Shown here piece after piece: positions 36,171 to 46,910 of a stretch of DNA of 64,000 bases (within the stretch, counting starts at the first letter, position 1; the number at the start of each line of letters is the position of its first letter). The notes under the pieces were generated by a model. It saw only the letters and a program-made list of their open reading frames with translations. It was not told the DNA's origin and did not search any database. The position numbers were made by a program, and so were the translations under genes. The DNA is taken from positions 1-64,000 of IMG/VR virus record IMGVR_UViG_3300032073_000007. One strand, written 5' to 3'. Source of the DNA: a virus.

Positions 36171-37564
36171 AATCTTTCTCCTAAGTAATAAATATAATCC
36201 TTCTTAAACAATTCTGACTCTGCACTCATTTCCACGCCAGAACTTATAAACACTTCTCCGTCTATTATATCTTCATAAATAGGCTGTTGAATGACACCAC
36301 TAACTTCTTCTAAAATACCAGTTTGTATTCTTGAACCAAAAAGTTTCACAAGAACTTTCTGAGCGCCAGAGATAGCTTGCTCTTCTATGTATTCACCGAC
36401 TGCTCCTTCAACATTTTGCAGACCAAGCGTATCAAAAGCCCCTTCTCCAGTAGGTAAATATTGATAACCAGAATCTCCCTTTAAAAATCCTACCTCTTGT
36501 TTAGAAAATGTTTTTATTCCACTTTCAATAAAAGCATTATACTCAAAATATCTATCTCCTTCTCCTGTATTTGTATTGGTATCAAAACTTATTCCTCCTG
36601 ATAACATATATCTGGCAGTAGATATTTCAATACTACCCGTATGTTGATAATCATAACCAGTTATACCTGTTTTAAATGTTGTTATTTGATTATATCCAGT
36701 AATTCTTCTTGAAGATATATCAGTAGAACTTGACTCAAAGTAATCACCAATTAATCCACTGGATATTGTGAACACTGAACTTTGAGGTAAAAAACCAGAA
36801 AATAATGCAAATGATTTTAAGTTAACCTTTGAAGTCACATATTCTCCTGAAGCTCCATCTGGCCCTGTTCTAAAATATTCATTAGATCCTCCTAAATAAA
36901 ATCTACTGGTATTAGCAATAAATTCTGTATCTATAGAAAAGTCTTCGGAATCTATTGAGTTGTTTAAGACATCTACTCTACTTAAAGATAAATTATTATT
37001 TCCTAAAGAAAAACTGACAATATTTCTACGAGACAATTCTATAGAATTTGCTGTGTGGATAAAATCTCCACCCTTATCAAAACCTTGATAAAACAACTTC
37101 CCTCTATCATTTATCCCAAAGTTATAACCGCTTGCCCCTGATACCACTTCTGAGTTTATTGTCTCAGATCCTTTACCCAAGGAACCAAATAAAACACAGT
37201 TTGTTACAGCCTCATTAAATTCAAAATCAAAAATAACCGATTGATTGGAATACGGCAAATTACTAGTTCCTGTTACTTTTATATTAGATAAATTTAAATG
37301 AGCCTTATCATCTTTTAAAAATGTTCCTGTAGTATATTTTTTAGCATCAGCACTGCTTCCCCCAAAGCCAACAACAACTCCGCTATAAATACCTGTATTT
37401 GATGCTGGATCACAATTTTCTATAACTCCATAATTAATAGAAGAACTAAGGCTATCAATACCGATGTGCCTTCCGCTCATTCCAGAAAAATCATAAAACA
37501 CTAAAAGCCTATCGGTTTTCCCAAGAGCTTCTATTGTGGAGTATTCTAATGCGTTCCGACTCAT
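36167..37564 (-). CDS. Minor tail protein (LamG/lectin-like N-terminal part)
   Basis: VFYDFSG and YLGG; very [ST]G-rich. Confidence 0.55.
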   Translation of the reverse strand: MSRNALEYSTIEALGKTDRLLVFYDFSGMSGRHIGIDSLSSSINYGVIENCDPASNTGIYSGVVVGFGGSSADAKKYTTGTFLKDDKAHLNLSNIKVTGTSNLPYSNQSVIFDFEFNEAVTNCVLFGSLGKGSETINSEVVSGASGYNFGINDRGKLFYQGFDKGGDFIHTANSIELSRRNIVSFSLGNNNLSLSRVDVLNNSIDSEDFSIDTEFIANTSRFYLGGSNEYFRTGPDGASGEYVTSKVNLKSFALFSGFLPQSSVFTISSGLIGDYFESSSTDISSRRITGYNQITTFKTGITGYDYQHTGSIEISTARYMLSGGISFDTNTNTGEGDRYFEYNAFIESGIKTFSKQEVGFLKGDSGYQYLPTGEGAFDTLGLQNVEGAVGEYIEEQAISGAQKVLVKLFGSRIQTGILEEVSGVIQQPIYEDIIDGEVFISSGVEMSAESELFKKDYIYYLGERL

Positions 37565-37565
37565 A

Positions 37566-39167
37566 CTAGTAATATCTACTCATGTTAAATGATAATGTAT
37601 TCTCATTTACACTACTACTTTCTGCAAATGTAAATACTCCTGTTAAATGCCCACTCACAACATCTTTTAATTGTGGCAAGCTACCTGTCTCTGCCTCGCA
37701 AGTAGCGTTGACTGTTATTTCTCCAGCCGTTCTTTCTATTAACTTTTGTTTAGCAAATCCCCCAAGACTGGGAACAATACCACTTAGTTCTATGGGTTTT
37801 TTATCTGATATTGAAACTTTAAGCCCAGTCAAAGTTCCAGCAGAAATATCTATCCTATTATCAAAAGATAAAGAATAAGAAATAGAACTATTCTGAGGAT
37901 CTTTATTTATACTTTTATTTATTTCAACAGGATTTAAATAATCTCCACTTATGTGGTAACCTGTGGCATCTCCAGTAAAATCTTGTAGTGCTTCAATAGC
38001 TAAATTTAAAAAACCAGAATCGTCTTGGACACCGCTGAAAAAACTATCGACCTCTAGAAAGCGCTGCCCTGTTGCTGGGTCTCCTGTGGGAATAATGTTA
38101 AACGGATTATTATATTCAATGTTCCCATTAACAGCAACTGTTATCTTTGAATTATCTTTTGATGCAGATACACTAGCAGATTTTTTGTGAATGACATTTC
38201 CTATTTGATCTAAATTTTCAGGGTCATCAAACGTAAAAGCAAAATCAATTTTATTTGATCCTGTATCAACTTTATAATTAACAGAAGAGGGCTTTCTTGC
38301 GCTAAATGTATAGGCTCCACTTTCATAATCAGATAAAGATGACACAACAGCATTTACGGCTATACCAGATGCCATATCTGCTGTGATCACTCCTGTGTCC
38401 AGCATCCCTACCCCATCTTTTCCAGCCAACATTGATCCTTGGACAGAAACATTCACCCCAACACTTAATCCTCCATTTTTATCAAATGATATTTGCGTAT
38501 TAGATGTAGTAATTCCAGAATCTGTTATAGGATTTTCACTAGTGTTATATTTATAAGTTTCTGTGATAGAGTAAGAATTTGCTTTTCGATCAATGCTTTC
38601 ATTTTTACTTACTAAAAATCCAGTCGCCCCAGTTTGAAACAAACTTAAGTTATAATAACCAGTGACTCTAGAATCAACAAAGTTTTTAGCATTTACTAAT
38701 GCCGCTGAAGAATTAGCCTTTACGCCCACTGCTGATACATTGTGTGTTGCTTGAGTTATTTTTCCTTGTTCTTCGTTGAAGCTCCAGTTGTCAACAGGAT
38801 TTGTTATGCCAAAAAATTTTGAAAAAGATCTATCTGTGTAAGAAGTTAAAGAAACAGAGTAGGGTAAAACCGTAGTTAAATCTGAATCATCAAATGTTAT
38901 TGAATTTGGTTTCGAAAAAGCGAATCCTGTAGTTGATGACCCATGAGTGATCGACAGAGTTTGAAAATCTGGGAGTAGACCACTTATCATTTGCATTTTT
39001 TGCAAGTGCAAGCCACTTAAATCTACCCCAGTTAAAGTGCCGATTAAATTTATATTTTCTAAAAAATGATCTACCTTTCCTTGTATGTAGACAGGTTCAA
39101 CAGACTGCCCAACCAAAGGAGTAGGACTAGGAAAGTTATAAGAACCATATGTAATTGCTTCACTCAT
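37566..39167 (-). CDS. Minor tail/baseplate protein
   Basis: Likely start MSEAITYG; beta-rich and [ST]G-rich. Confidence 0.55.
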   Translation of the reverse strand: MSEAITYGSYNFPSPTPLVGQSVEPVYIQGKVDHFLENINLIGTLTGVDLSGLHLQKMQMISGLLPDFQTLSITHGSSTTGFAFSKPNSITFDDSDLTTVLPYSVSLTSYTDRSFSKFFGITNPVDNWSFNEEQGKITQATHNVSAVGVKANSSAALVNAKNFVDSRVTGYYNLSLFQTGATGFLVSKNESIDRKANSYSITETYKYNTSENPITDSGITTSNTQISFDKNGGLSVGVNVSVQGSMLAGKDGVGMLDTGVITADMASGIAVNAVVSSLSDYESGAYTFSARKPSSVNYKVDTGSNKIDFAFTFDDPENLDQIGNVIHKKSASVSASKDNSKITVAVNGNIEYNNPFNIIPTGDPATGQRFLEVDSFFSGVQDDSGFLNLAIEALQDFTGDATGYHISGDYLNPVEINKSINKDPQNSSISYSLSFDNRIDISAGTLTGLKVSISDKKPIELSGIVPSLGGFAKQKLIERTAGEITVNATCEAETGSLPQLKDVVSGHLTGVFTFAESSSVNENTLSFNMSRYY

Positions 39168-40707
39168 CTTTAAGAAATAAATAGTTGATAGTTCTTGTTG
39201 CTTGACCTTCTCCAAGATTTAAAGTTATTGAATCAGATGTAATATGTGTGATATCTTCATTCACTAATTCTGTTAACTCTTCCGTCTTTTCTTCTAATAT
39301 TGTTTTTGCTTGATAAATACCTGCACTTTGACTAACTACTGCCTGTGCAGACACACTAGCATTACCAACTGTTTTTAAATTTTTTGTTACAACTTGTTCT
39401 TTTAGGTTTTGTAAATCTAAAAATTTCTCAATTCTATTGATTTGATGTGTTTTATTCAATGTTTTTTTTAATTTTAAAACGCCATCGTCGTTATCTTTAT
39501 AAGAATCGTCTGTTGTGAACATAATAGTTTCAGAAATATTACCTTCTGATTTAGCAAAGTTCGTGTTCCTAGATTTTTCATAGATAGGAACAGTAGGATG
39601 AAAAAGTCTAGCAATCCTAGTTTCTTGGAAAGGTTGTTCTCTAATCCAAACAGCTTTTGCATTAACAAATTTTTCTTTATTATTTTTTCCTAAAGAATTA
39701 TATCGGATATTTAAAGTATATTCTTTAAATTTACCAGCTTTAGTCTCTGCCCCAGTGTAAGATATTATTTCATCTTGAGATGATGGGTCTGTAGTAAATT
39801 TTACAGTTAAAGTTGCGGTATATCCATCTCTAGATATGCCCTTAGAAATAGAAGAGGGAGAACCAAATTCACTAGCTTCACTCGCTTTTAGTTCATCTAT
39901 TATTTCCCCAATAGCTGTATTTAAAACATTCTCAGAATCCTGTCTTAAAGCAGATAATTGTATATTAAAAGTTTTATTAACAAAACCTTGTTTAGTTATA
40001 TCTATAGATTGAGTTTCTTTTCTCCCGACATTTTTTGCGGTATCTACAAAAGAAGTAGAAACATCTTCATTTAATTCTACAGATAAACCAATTAGATCAT
40101 AAGTTTCACTAATAAGTCCTCGAAACTTGTCATCTAACCTCGCATTTTCTGAAATACCATCTTCTTGATATCCAAAGTCAGGTCTATTTGCAAAATAGTA
40201 ATTCGTTAAAAATACTTTTGCGTCATTTAAAAATTGATCTCCCGCTTCTTGCTTATATGTGAGACCTATTTTTCTTTTTGAAGTGTATTCTCCTCCAGAT
40301 CTACTAAAATCATAAGACTCTGAAAAATCTTCAACTAATTGAGGGTTAGGTATATATCTTGTGAAAGATGTATTAGAATAATCATCTAATCTTCTGGATT
40401 CTTCTATTGTTATTGTTACAACTTCAGAACCAACTAAAGCTCCAGCTTCAAAATCAAAAGATTGTATTCTTCCATTGATGTAATCATCTGCGCCAATACG
40501 AGCTACTATATTTTCTCTACCGTAAGCGTGAACTATTGCGTCTCTTCCTTCTATTAGAACTGTATCATGATCTACTATGTTGATATCTGAAATATCAATC
40601 TGATAAGTTCCTACTACTTCATAGCCAAATAGTTCTTCTTCAGTTGCATAACTGTAAGTTATATTAACCGATGAAGATAATACATTGTTGACTATTAAAG
40701 CTGCCAT
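39160..40707 (-). CDS. Tail protein following the tape measure gene (Dit-like position)
   Basis: Synteny; beta-rich. Confidence 0.55.
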   Translation of the reverse strand: MAALIVNNVLSSSVNITYSYATEEELFGYEVVGTYQIDISDINIVDHDTVLIEGRDAIVHAYGRENIVARIGADDYINGRIQSFDFEAGALVGSEVVTITIEESRRLDDYSNTSFTRYIPNPQLVEDFSESYDFSRSGGEYTSKRKIGLTYKQEAGDQFLNDAKVFLTNYYFANRPDFGYQEDGISENARLDDKFRGLISETYDLIGLSVELNEDVSTSFVDTAKNVGRKETQSIDITKQGFVNKTFNIQLSALRQDSENVLNTAIGEIIDELKASEASEFGSPSSISKGISRDGYTATLTVKFTTDPSSQDEIISYTGAETKAGKFKEYTLNIRYNSLGKNNKEKFVNAKAVWIREQPFQETRIARLFHPTVPIYEKSRNTNFAKSEGNISETIMFTTDDSYKDNDDGVLKLKKTLNKTHQINRIEKFLDLQNLKEQVVTKNLKTVGNASVSAQAVVSQSAGIYQAKTILEEKTEELTELVNEDITHITSDSITLNLGEGQATRTINYLFLKDE

Positions 40708-40709
40708 TG

Positions 40710-43700
40710 TTAACTTCCTTGTGCGCTTTCTATTTTGGCTTTAGCATCTAAGATCGTATCCTGCGCCTGTCTAACTACCTTCTCAGCATCTAGTAAAACT
40801 TGTGTGTTTTGCTCTATTAAATCTGCAACTTTTTTTGTTTCTTCAGCATCCTTTTTTATAAGATCGCCAAAATTACCTAGACCAGTAGTAGCATTAACCA
40901 TACTTTGATACATGTTTTTCATTTCTACCGCTAGATTTTTAGTATCTTCTTCGGTGAATAAGCCCGCCAAGTTATCGTTTGCGATTTTGAGTCTGTCTTT
41001 TAAGCTTTTTGCTTCATCATCAAGTTGTTTGACTCCATCACTTACGTCTACACCTGCGTCTTTGTAGAATCCTTTAGTTCCTCCCTTGACTTCATTACCA
41101 ATTACTCCTACAAGTCTTTTACCTTCTGCTGATTTCGCTGACGCTCCGATTCCTGCTTCTAAGGTAGTTTGAAGAACTTTTGCGAGTTTCTCTGCCCCAA
41201 TGCTAGGATCGAATTGTTGTATTAAGTCTCCTATCTTAACTCCGAGACCCTGATCATCGAACTCAGACATTAGTTGACCTAACTTTTCAGGGTCCATTCC
41301 TGCTCCTTTATTTATTTCGTTTACGATTTCTGAAACTTGTTGTCCCATAAAGTCCATGTCTAAAGCTTCTCCTCCGAAGACGGTTGCTATTTTATCTGAT
41401 GCTGCTTGAATAGATGACTGCATCAGAGCCGCTCTAGCTTCTGCGTTTTTCCTCTGTGCTGCTTCTATCTCATTGATTGTCTTTTGGAACCCTATATAAG
41501 CTTTCTTTACATTTAATTCAAAATTATCTGAGGCTTTATCTAGAGCTATAGCGCTATCTCCTGCTGCTTCATTAAACGCTTTGGCATCTGCGATAAGATC
41601 TTCACTTTCTCCAGAGACATCCTCTCCAGTTCTAAGTTTCTCTGCCACTCCCTTAACTCCTTCTGCTGTAAATCTAGAGTTCGCTAGAACATTTTTGCCA
41701 GCCATTCCTGCTTGATTTTCGGCTGCTGAAACCGCTGCTCTATCTGCTTGGATGCTCGCCATAGTTTCAGCTTGACTTGCTCTTAATACGTTTGTCTTTT
41801 GGTTAAATCCAAATTCGTCTCCTGTTCCCTTCCCAGTAGGAGTAATCCCCGCCATCATGCTACCTAACTGTGCATTTTGAAGATTTTTACTTGCTGCCGC
41901 TAAGAGTTTTTTATTTGAGTCAATTACTTTTGCATGTGATGCAGCTAATGCTTCCTGCGCTGCTGCCAGTTTTTTGTTGGCTTGTTTTATTATTTTCTCT
42001 CTACCTCGTTGGTCTTCAAGTTGACGGCCATTAAGTTTCGCTCCTTTATTTACTACAAATTCTAGCTTTTGATTTGCTGAATTAAGATTCTTATAAGCAA
42101 TCTCTAATTCTTCAGCGGAAATTTTACCGTTTTTTTGTTGCCGTTGTGCCAAAGATAGCTCTAAACCATATCTATCTATATTCTCTTGTGCCTCTACTAG
42201 ACTTTGAACAAACTCTGGAGTGGCGTTACCCGTCTCTCTCATTCTTTCATCAAATAGATCTAGTGCTGCATCGCGTCTTTGTTTGCCATCTTTAGTATCA
42301 TCTGTTAAATTTTCCCCAAAACCTGCTTTCTCAAGAATTTTTGGGAGTTGCATGTCTGTGTTTTTTCTGGCAAGCTCAACAGGACTTAGATCTTTCTCTA
42401 ACTCCTCTTGTGTCATTTTCCCACCAGCGATGGCTTCACCCGCTGCTGATCCTGCCATACCACCAGCCGCTCCGAGTAACGCTCCAGCGACTAAACCTAT
42501 AGCCGTTCCAAAAACAGGAACAATAGATCCTATAGCGGCTCCTGCCGCTGCTCCTGCTAATGCTCCACCAGCACTTCCAACGATTTTCCCCGTATTTCTC
42601 TTCCTCTCTTCTTCTCCAATATCTGATCTATTAGCATTACGATTAAGCTCGAAACCAGCACCCCCAACTGTTAAAGCTGTTCCAATAAGACCCAACCCTT
42701 TTGGGCTTTTGGCAAACTTTCCAATTCTACCCCCGATTCCTTGTTTTGCATTTTGGGCTGCGGCAAATGCCCCCGCTTGAGTTCTAACTCCTCCTACTTT
42801 TTTATTATTAGCTAATGAAGCTTGGGCGCGAGCCGAACCCTTTCCCTCTCCTCCTCCTCCTCCAAAAGTTCCAAGAATTGCAAAAGTTGAGGCGACACCC
42901 GCGAATTTATCTAATGAGCCAGCCGCTCTTTCAAGTAATGATCTTTCTGCAATTCGATTTTGGGTAGTTCTTTTCATCTCCAAAATCTCTTGCGCTCTCA
43001 AAGTAACAGATTCTTTTATTTTGCCGTTTTCTTCATCTAAAAGAAGTTTTGTATTTATTCTCTCATCTAAATTAGCTTGCATGGCCGCATGTTGTTGCTC
43101 CATGCTTGCTGTGACCATCCCACTAACAGCACTTAAAGCGAAAAGACCAGTAGTCGCTTTCCCCATTTTATTTTCCATGCCCCCAAGACCCTTGGCTACT
43201 GATTTTGTCTTGGTATCAAGCTTGCTTAATCCTTTTTTAAATGTTGGGAAAAGTTTTGTCAAAGCTGCTCCAACATTATAATTGGGAACAAATCCACCAG
43301 CAAACATCCCAACACCATCACGCTCTCGCTTTATAGCATCTTGTAAACCATTGGGTTCATCTCTTAAATTAGTTACTGCAACAGGCTCACCTTTATCATC
43401 TTTGTGAACTCTCATCAGAGAAGTAGGAACTCCACCTCTTTTTGTGAAGTTTGGTATAAACCCTCTAGCCTTCCCTTTAGCTTTTTTCTTTTTGTTTGCT
43501 TCTCTATGGCGAGCCATATCATCAGCATAATTTGGATTATGCCTTAATATTTTACCAACAAAACTATCAACAGTATCTTGAGTAGCTCCAACTTTCATAT
43601 CTGCAAAAGATATGCTTGGAGGACTACGAAATATTTGACTTACCTCACCGTTCCCTACAGTGTTCAACTGTCTGACATCCCAGTCTGCGCCACCTTTTGC

Positions 43701-46022
43701 CGCTTTAAATTCTGCCAAACCTAAAGCCGAAAACACAGCGGCTTCAAATGCTGCTCCAACAGCACCCCTTATCGCACCATGCGCCCCTCTTTGCCCACCC
43801 TGAGACAGTCTGCGGTTTATGTCTGATGAATTCGCCTTATTATTTTTACCTTTCGGTATAACTAATAAGTTAGCATATTTAGTCGCAGATTTTACTACAC
43901 TATCTTTTATTCTTTGCTCAAGTTTAGAATCGTAAGGCTCCGCAGCTTTATCAATGCTTTCTCCATGCATCATGGGGGCAAACGGTCTAATTGTAGAATT
44001 AAGTTCATAGGGGTATCTATTACCACTCACTTTAGAAGAGCCTTTTTTGATACTTTTTGCTGCCGCCCCCGCTCCCAGCGAAGGAACTAAAAAACCATAA
44101 GGAGCAGGTGACACGCTAATAGGAGGTATTTTCTGTGCCGCCCTTGCATCCATTGCGGCTAATTTCTTTTTAGCATCTGCAATTTCTTCTGGAGTCTTTC
44201 TCCCACTCTTATTATTTATAATTGATTGGTAATTTCTCCTTGAATAATTCGGGACAAACCCTTTTGGGTATCTTGGTATAACAGCAGAGTCTCTACCTCC
44301 AGCAAAGTTAGGAACCTCCATTTCTTGGTTATTCATGATGAACTTCTGTCCACCAATTGTTCCCCTACCCATGTGAGCTTTCACACTTGGGCTAGCCCCA
44401 AGCATCATTGCTTCAGCTTCCTCTGCTCTAAATCCAGCATTGAATCTTCTTCCTCTCCTACCAGTGAATCCTCTTGAATCGCTAAATCCTCTAACACCTC
44501 TAGCAGAAGCAGCAGAGGCTAGATTCCTCATTAGCTGTGCTTGTGTAGTCAGTAAGGCATTTTCTCTTTTTATCGCGGCTATAACAGCTTGCTCTTTTTG
44601 AGCCTGACTCATTGTCGTGCTTTCCATTTGTTTCCTCAAAGTAGCATCTCTTTGAAGAAGCCCAACTATGCCGCCCTCAATTTGCTTGACTCTTTCTGTT
44701 TGAGTCCCCATTTGGAAAAGACTTTTTAATCCATCTCCAGCAAACCTCGCAATAAGTTTTGTTATTTTTACAAAAGCTACAGTAAATAGAACTATAGCAG
44801 GTCCACTTAAAAACGTTCCAATAGCTTTAAAGAATCCTTTTATAAAAGTATTACCCTTTTCTGGGTCTAAAGCATTATCTAAAAATTCAGTAAACTTTGT
44901 TGCTATACTTACTATGTTTTCAAGAATTGGCCCGAAGGTTACTGAACCCACCCTCTCGGCTAAACTAGTTAATCCAACAACTAACTTATTAATATTATCA
45001 GCTAAACTTTCTCCTAAAGCTTTATTTTTTTCAAAAGCTTCGTTTGTAGCAAATGCTGCTGTTTCAGCAGCTTCTTTAAATATACCAGTTTCACTACTCA
45101 AGTCTTTAAGAGCCGCACTAACTACGTTGATTTGAAAAACACCACCTGCTAATTCTTTAATTTTAGAAACGACAGTTGGATCAGATATCCCTTCTATAGC
45201 GGTCGATAATGCGCTTAACTTTTGAACACCTGTCTGGGTTGCATCTATTTGAACGCCTAATGCTTTTAGTTCTTCAATTGTAGTTCCTCTGGAAAGCCTT
45301 GTAAAAATTGATTTAAATGCGTTACCGATAACGGCTCCACCCCTCGCTGTTTTCTGCTCAACGGCAGTAACCAATCCCAAAAGCTGATCAAAACTAACCC
45401 CAGCATCTTCTGCTGTGGAACCAGCACGACTAAAGGCTTCTGCTAAATCTTGCGCTGAAACAGCAAAAGCCGTGTCAACTGCTACCATCTTATTGACGAT
45501 CTCTGTATGCTTTAAACCAGCAGATTCAAATCCATTTATAGCAGCCGTTAATGCCTTAACAGACTTTTCTGCATCCAATCCAGAAATCCTCGTTAAAACT
45601 AGAGCAGACTTTAGTCTAGAAGCTGTCTCTTCAGCGCTTAAACCTTGACGAGCTAATTCTGCTGCTCCGTCTGCAACAGTGCTAAACGATTGACCTGTAT
45701 CTTTTGCTACCTGAAATATGGCATTTCTAAATTTACTAAAACTCGCTTCTGTAGCTTGAAAGATGGAGTTAACTTCAATAAGTCTTTTTTCGACTTCAAT
45801 AGTTGTAGATATTAATTTTTTAAAGGATTGAGTAACCCCATTCAAAACGGCAGTTGTTGCCCCGAAAGCAAACACACGGGCAGTAGAGGCATCCAGAGAT
45901 TTTTGAAATTCTGAAGCCTGTCCTGTAATTCGACCTAAAGCTTGCTTAACCTGCTTTGTAGAAGCATTTAAGCTAGCAGTATTAAGGGAAACATTAAGTG
46001 AAGCATTAAAACTTTGAGCCAT
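40710..46022 (-). CDS. Tail tape measure protein
   Basis: 1770 aa; TP901-type core (ELARQG, GNAFKSIFTRL); TM segments, glycine zipper and coiled coils; GTGTAA 9 nt upstream. Confidence 0.92.
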   Translation of the reverse strand: MAQSFNASLNVSLNTASLNASTKQVKQALGRITGQASEFQKSLDASTARVFAFGATTAVLNGVTQSFKKLISTTIEVEKRLIEVNSIFQATEASFSKFRNAIFQVAKDTGQSFSTVADGAAELARQGLSAEETASRLKSALVLTRISGLDAEKSVKALTAAINGFESAGLKHTEIVNKMVAVDTAFAVSAQDLAEAFSRAGSTAEDAGVSFDQLLGLVTAVEQKTARGGAVIGNAFKSIFTRLSRGTTIEELKALGVQIDATQTGVQKLSALSTAIEGISDPTVVSKIKELAGGVFQINVVSAALKDLSSETGIFKEAAETAAFATNEAFEKNKALGESLADNINKLVVGLTSLAERVGSVTFGPILENIVSIATKFTEFLDNALDPEKGNTFIKGFFKAIGTFLSGPAIVLFTVAFVKITKLIARFAGDGLKSLFQMGTQTERVKQIEGGIVGLLQRDATLRKQMESTTMSQAQKEQAVIAAIKRENALLTTQAQLMRNLASAASARGVRGFSDSRGFTGRRGRRFNAGFRAEEAEAMMLGASPSVKAHMGRGTIGGQKFIMNNQEMEVPNFAGGRDSAVIPRYPKGFVPNYSRRNYQSIINNKSGRKTPEEIADAKKKLAAMDARAAQKIPPISVSPAPYGFLVPSLGAGAAAKSIKKGSSKVSGNRYPYELNSTIRPFAPMMHGESIDKAAEPYDSKLEQRIKDSVVKSATKYANLLVIPKGKNNKANSSDINRRLSQGGQRGAHGAIRGAVGAAFEAAVFSALGLAEFKAAKGGADWDVRQLNTVGNGEVSQIFRSPPSISFADMKVGATQDTVDSFVGKILRHNPNYADDMARHREANKKKKAKGKARGFIPNFTKRGGVPTSLMRVHKDDKGEPVAVTNLRDEPNGLQDAIKRERDGVGMFAGGFVPNYNVGAALTKLFPTFKKGLSKLDTKTKSVAKGLGGMENKMGKATTGLFALSAVSGMVTASMEQQHAAMQANLDERINTKLLLDEENGKIKESVTLRAQEILEMKRTTQNRIAERSLLERAAGSLDKFAGVASTFAILGTFGGGGGEGKGSARAQASLANNKKVGGVRTQAGAFAAAQNAKQGIGGRIGKFAKSPKGLGLIGTALTVGGAGFELNRNANRSDIGEEERKRNTGKIVGSAGGALAGAAAGAAIGSIVPVFGTAIGLVAGALLGAAGGMAGSAAGEAIAGGKMTQEELEKDLSPVELARKNTDMQLPKILEKAGFGENLTDDTKDGKQRRDAALDLFDERMRETGNATPEFVQSLVEAQENIDRYGLELSLAQRQQKNGKISAEELEIAYKNLNSANQKLEFVVNKGAKLNGRQLEDQRGREKIIKQANKKLAAAQEALAASHAKVIDSNKKLLAAASKNLQNAQLGSMMAGITPTGKGTGDEFGFNQKTNVLRASQAETMASIQADRAAVSAAENQAGMAGKNVLANSRFTAEGVKGVAEKLRTGEDVSGESEDLIADAKAFNEAAGDSAIALDKASDNFELNVKKAYIGFQKTINEIEAAQRKNAEARAALMQSSIQAASDKIATVFGGEALDMDFMGQQVSEIVNEINKGAGMDPEKLGQLMSEFDDQGLGVKIGDLIQQFDPSIGAEKLAKVLQTTLEAGIGASAKSAEGKRLVGVIGNEVKGGTKGFYKDAGVDVSDGVKQLDDEAKSLKDRLKIANDNLAGLFTEEDTKNLAVEMKNMYQSMVNATTGLGNFGDLIKKDAEETKKVADLIEQNTQVLLDAEKVVRQAQDTILDAKAKIESAQGS

Positions 46023-46040
46023 ATAGGTAAATTACACCTA

Positions 46041-46910
46041 TCAGCTTAAAAAGTCCTCTGCTTTAAGCTCGCCACCCCTCATTGCCATTTTTGTCCTCAA
46101 GTCATCTACTCCGTGAGATGTTTTAGACTCTTGATGAGGTTTTTCCTCATATTCATAAACCTTTACTGGATCACCTGCAATTTCAGAAGGAATACTTACA
46201 TTTTTAATTTTATTAAACAAAGCATTAGAATAAACAATTAGGTTCTTTTGAAAACAAGTTAACTTATCAAAAGTGACACCAAAAATTGATAGGGGATTTC
46301 CTGTTTGAGCTACATAAAAATCAAAAAAACCTCCATTATAGGAAGCCCTTAAACAAGTCTCTCTTGAATTTAAATGATTAAATTTTGCGAATAAAATAGC
46401 TGTTAAAGGCGCTTGATGCTCTTCTTTTAATTTTTCTGAAAAGTCTTTATTTAAAAAAACGGAAGAACTAACCATTTTTTTTATTTTTTTTATTTGGGCA
46501 AGATGTTCTGCGCTGTAATTTGTAATTTTAGCTTTCTCATCTTGGATCTCTTTTAATTCCTTTCTTTGAGATTCAATCTGATTGTTAAAAATCTTTCTTT
46601 GATTTGCGTCTTCTATTTTAGATAAAGCAGCTTCGGATTTTTTTATCATCCAAATAGTAGATTTTAACTTGTCTTCTTTTTTTTCGCTCCAAGAACCAAT
46701 ATTTATAGCAGACTGAACTAACTGTTCAGATGTCTGAATACCAGTTTTTACTGATTTCTCTATTTCTTGTTTCTCTTCAAAATCTAGAGATAGCACATCT
46801 AATATACTAAAGTGCTTAAAATAATAATTTGTATTTAGATATTCTAATGTAGAATACCCTTGCAATATTTCTAATAAATCAACTGAATGTGACTCATCAG
46901 TCTTGCTCAT
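46041..46910 (-). CDS. Tail assembly chaperone-like protein
   Basis: Directly upstream of the tape measure gene. Confidence 0.5.
   Translation of the reverse strand: MSKTDESHSVDLLEILQGYSTLEYLNTNYYFKHFSILDVLSLDFEEKQEIEKSVKTGIQTSEQLVQSAINIGSWSEKKEDKLKSTIWMIKKSEAALSKIEDANQRKIFNNQIESQRKELKEIQDEKAKITNYSAEHLAQIKKIKKMVSSSVFLNKDFSEKLKEEHQAPLTAILFAKFNHLNSRETCLRASYNGGFFDFYVAQTGNPLSIFGVTFDKLTCFQKNLIVYSNALFNKIKNVSIPSEIAGDPVKVYEYEEKPHQESKTSHGVDDLRTKMAMRGGELKAEDFLS

Noticed and set aside
42220-42780. 186-aa Pro/Ala-rich plus-strand ORF
   Set aside because: Antisense shadow of the Gly/Ala-rich TMP segment
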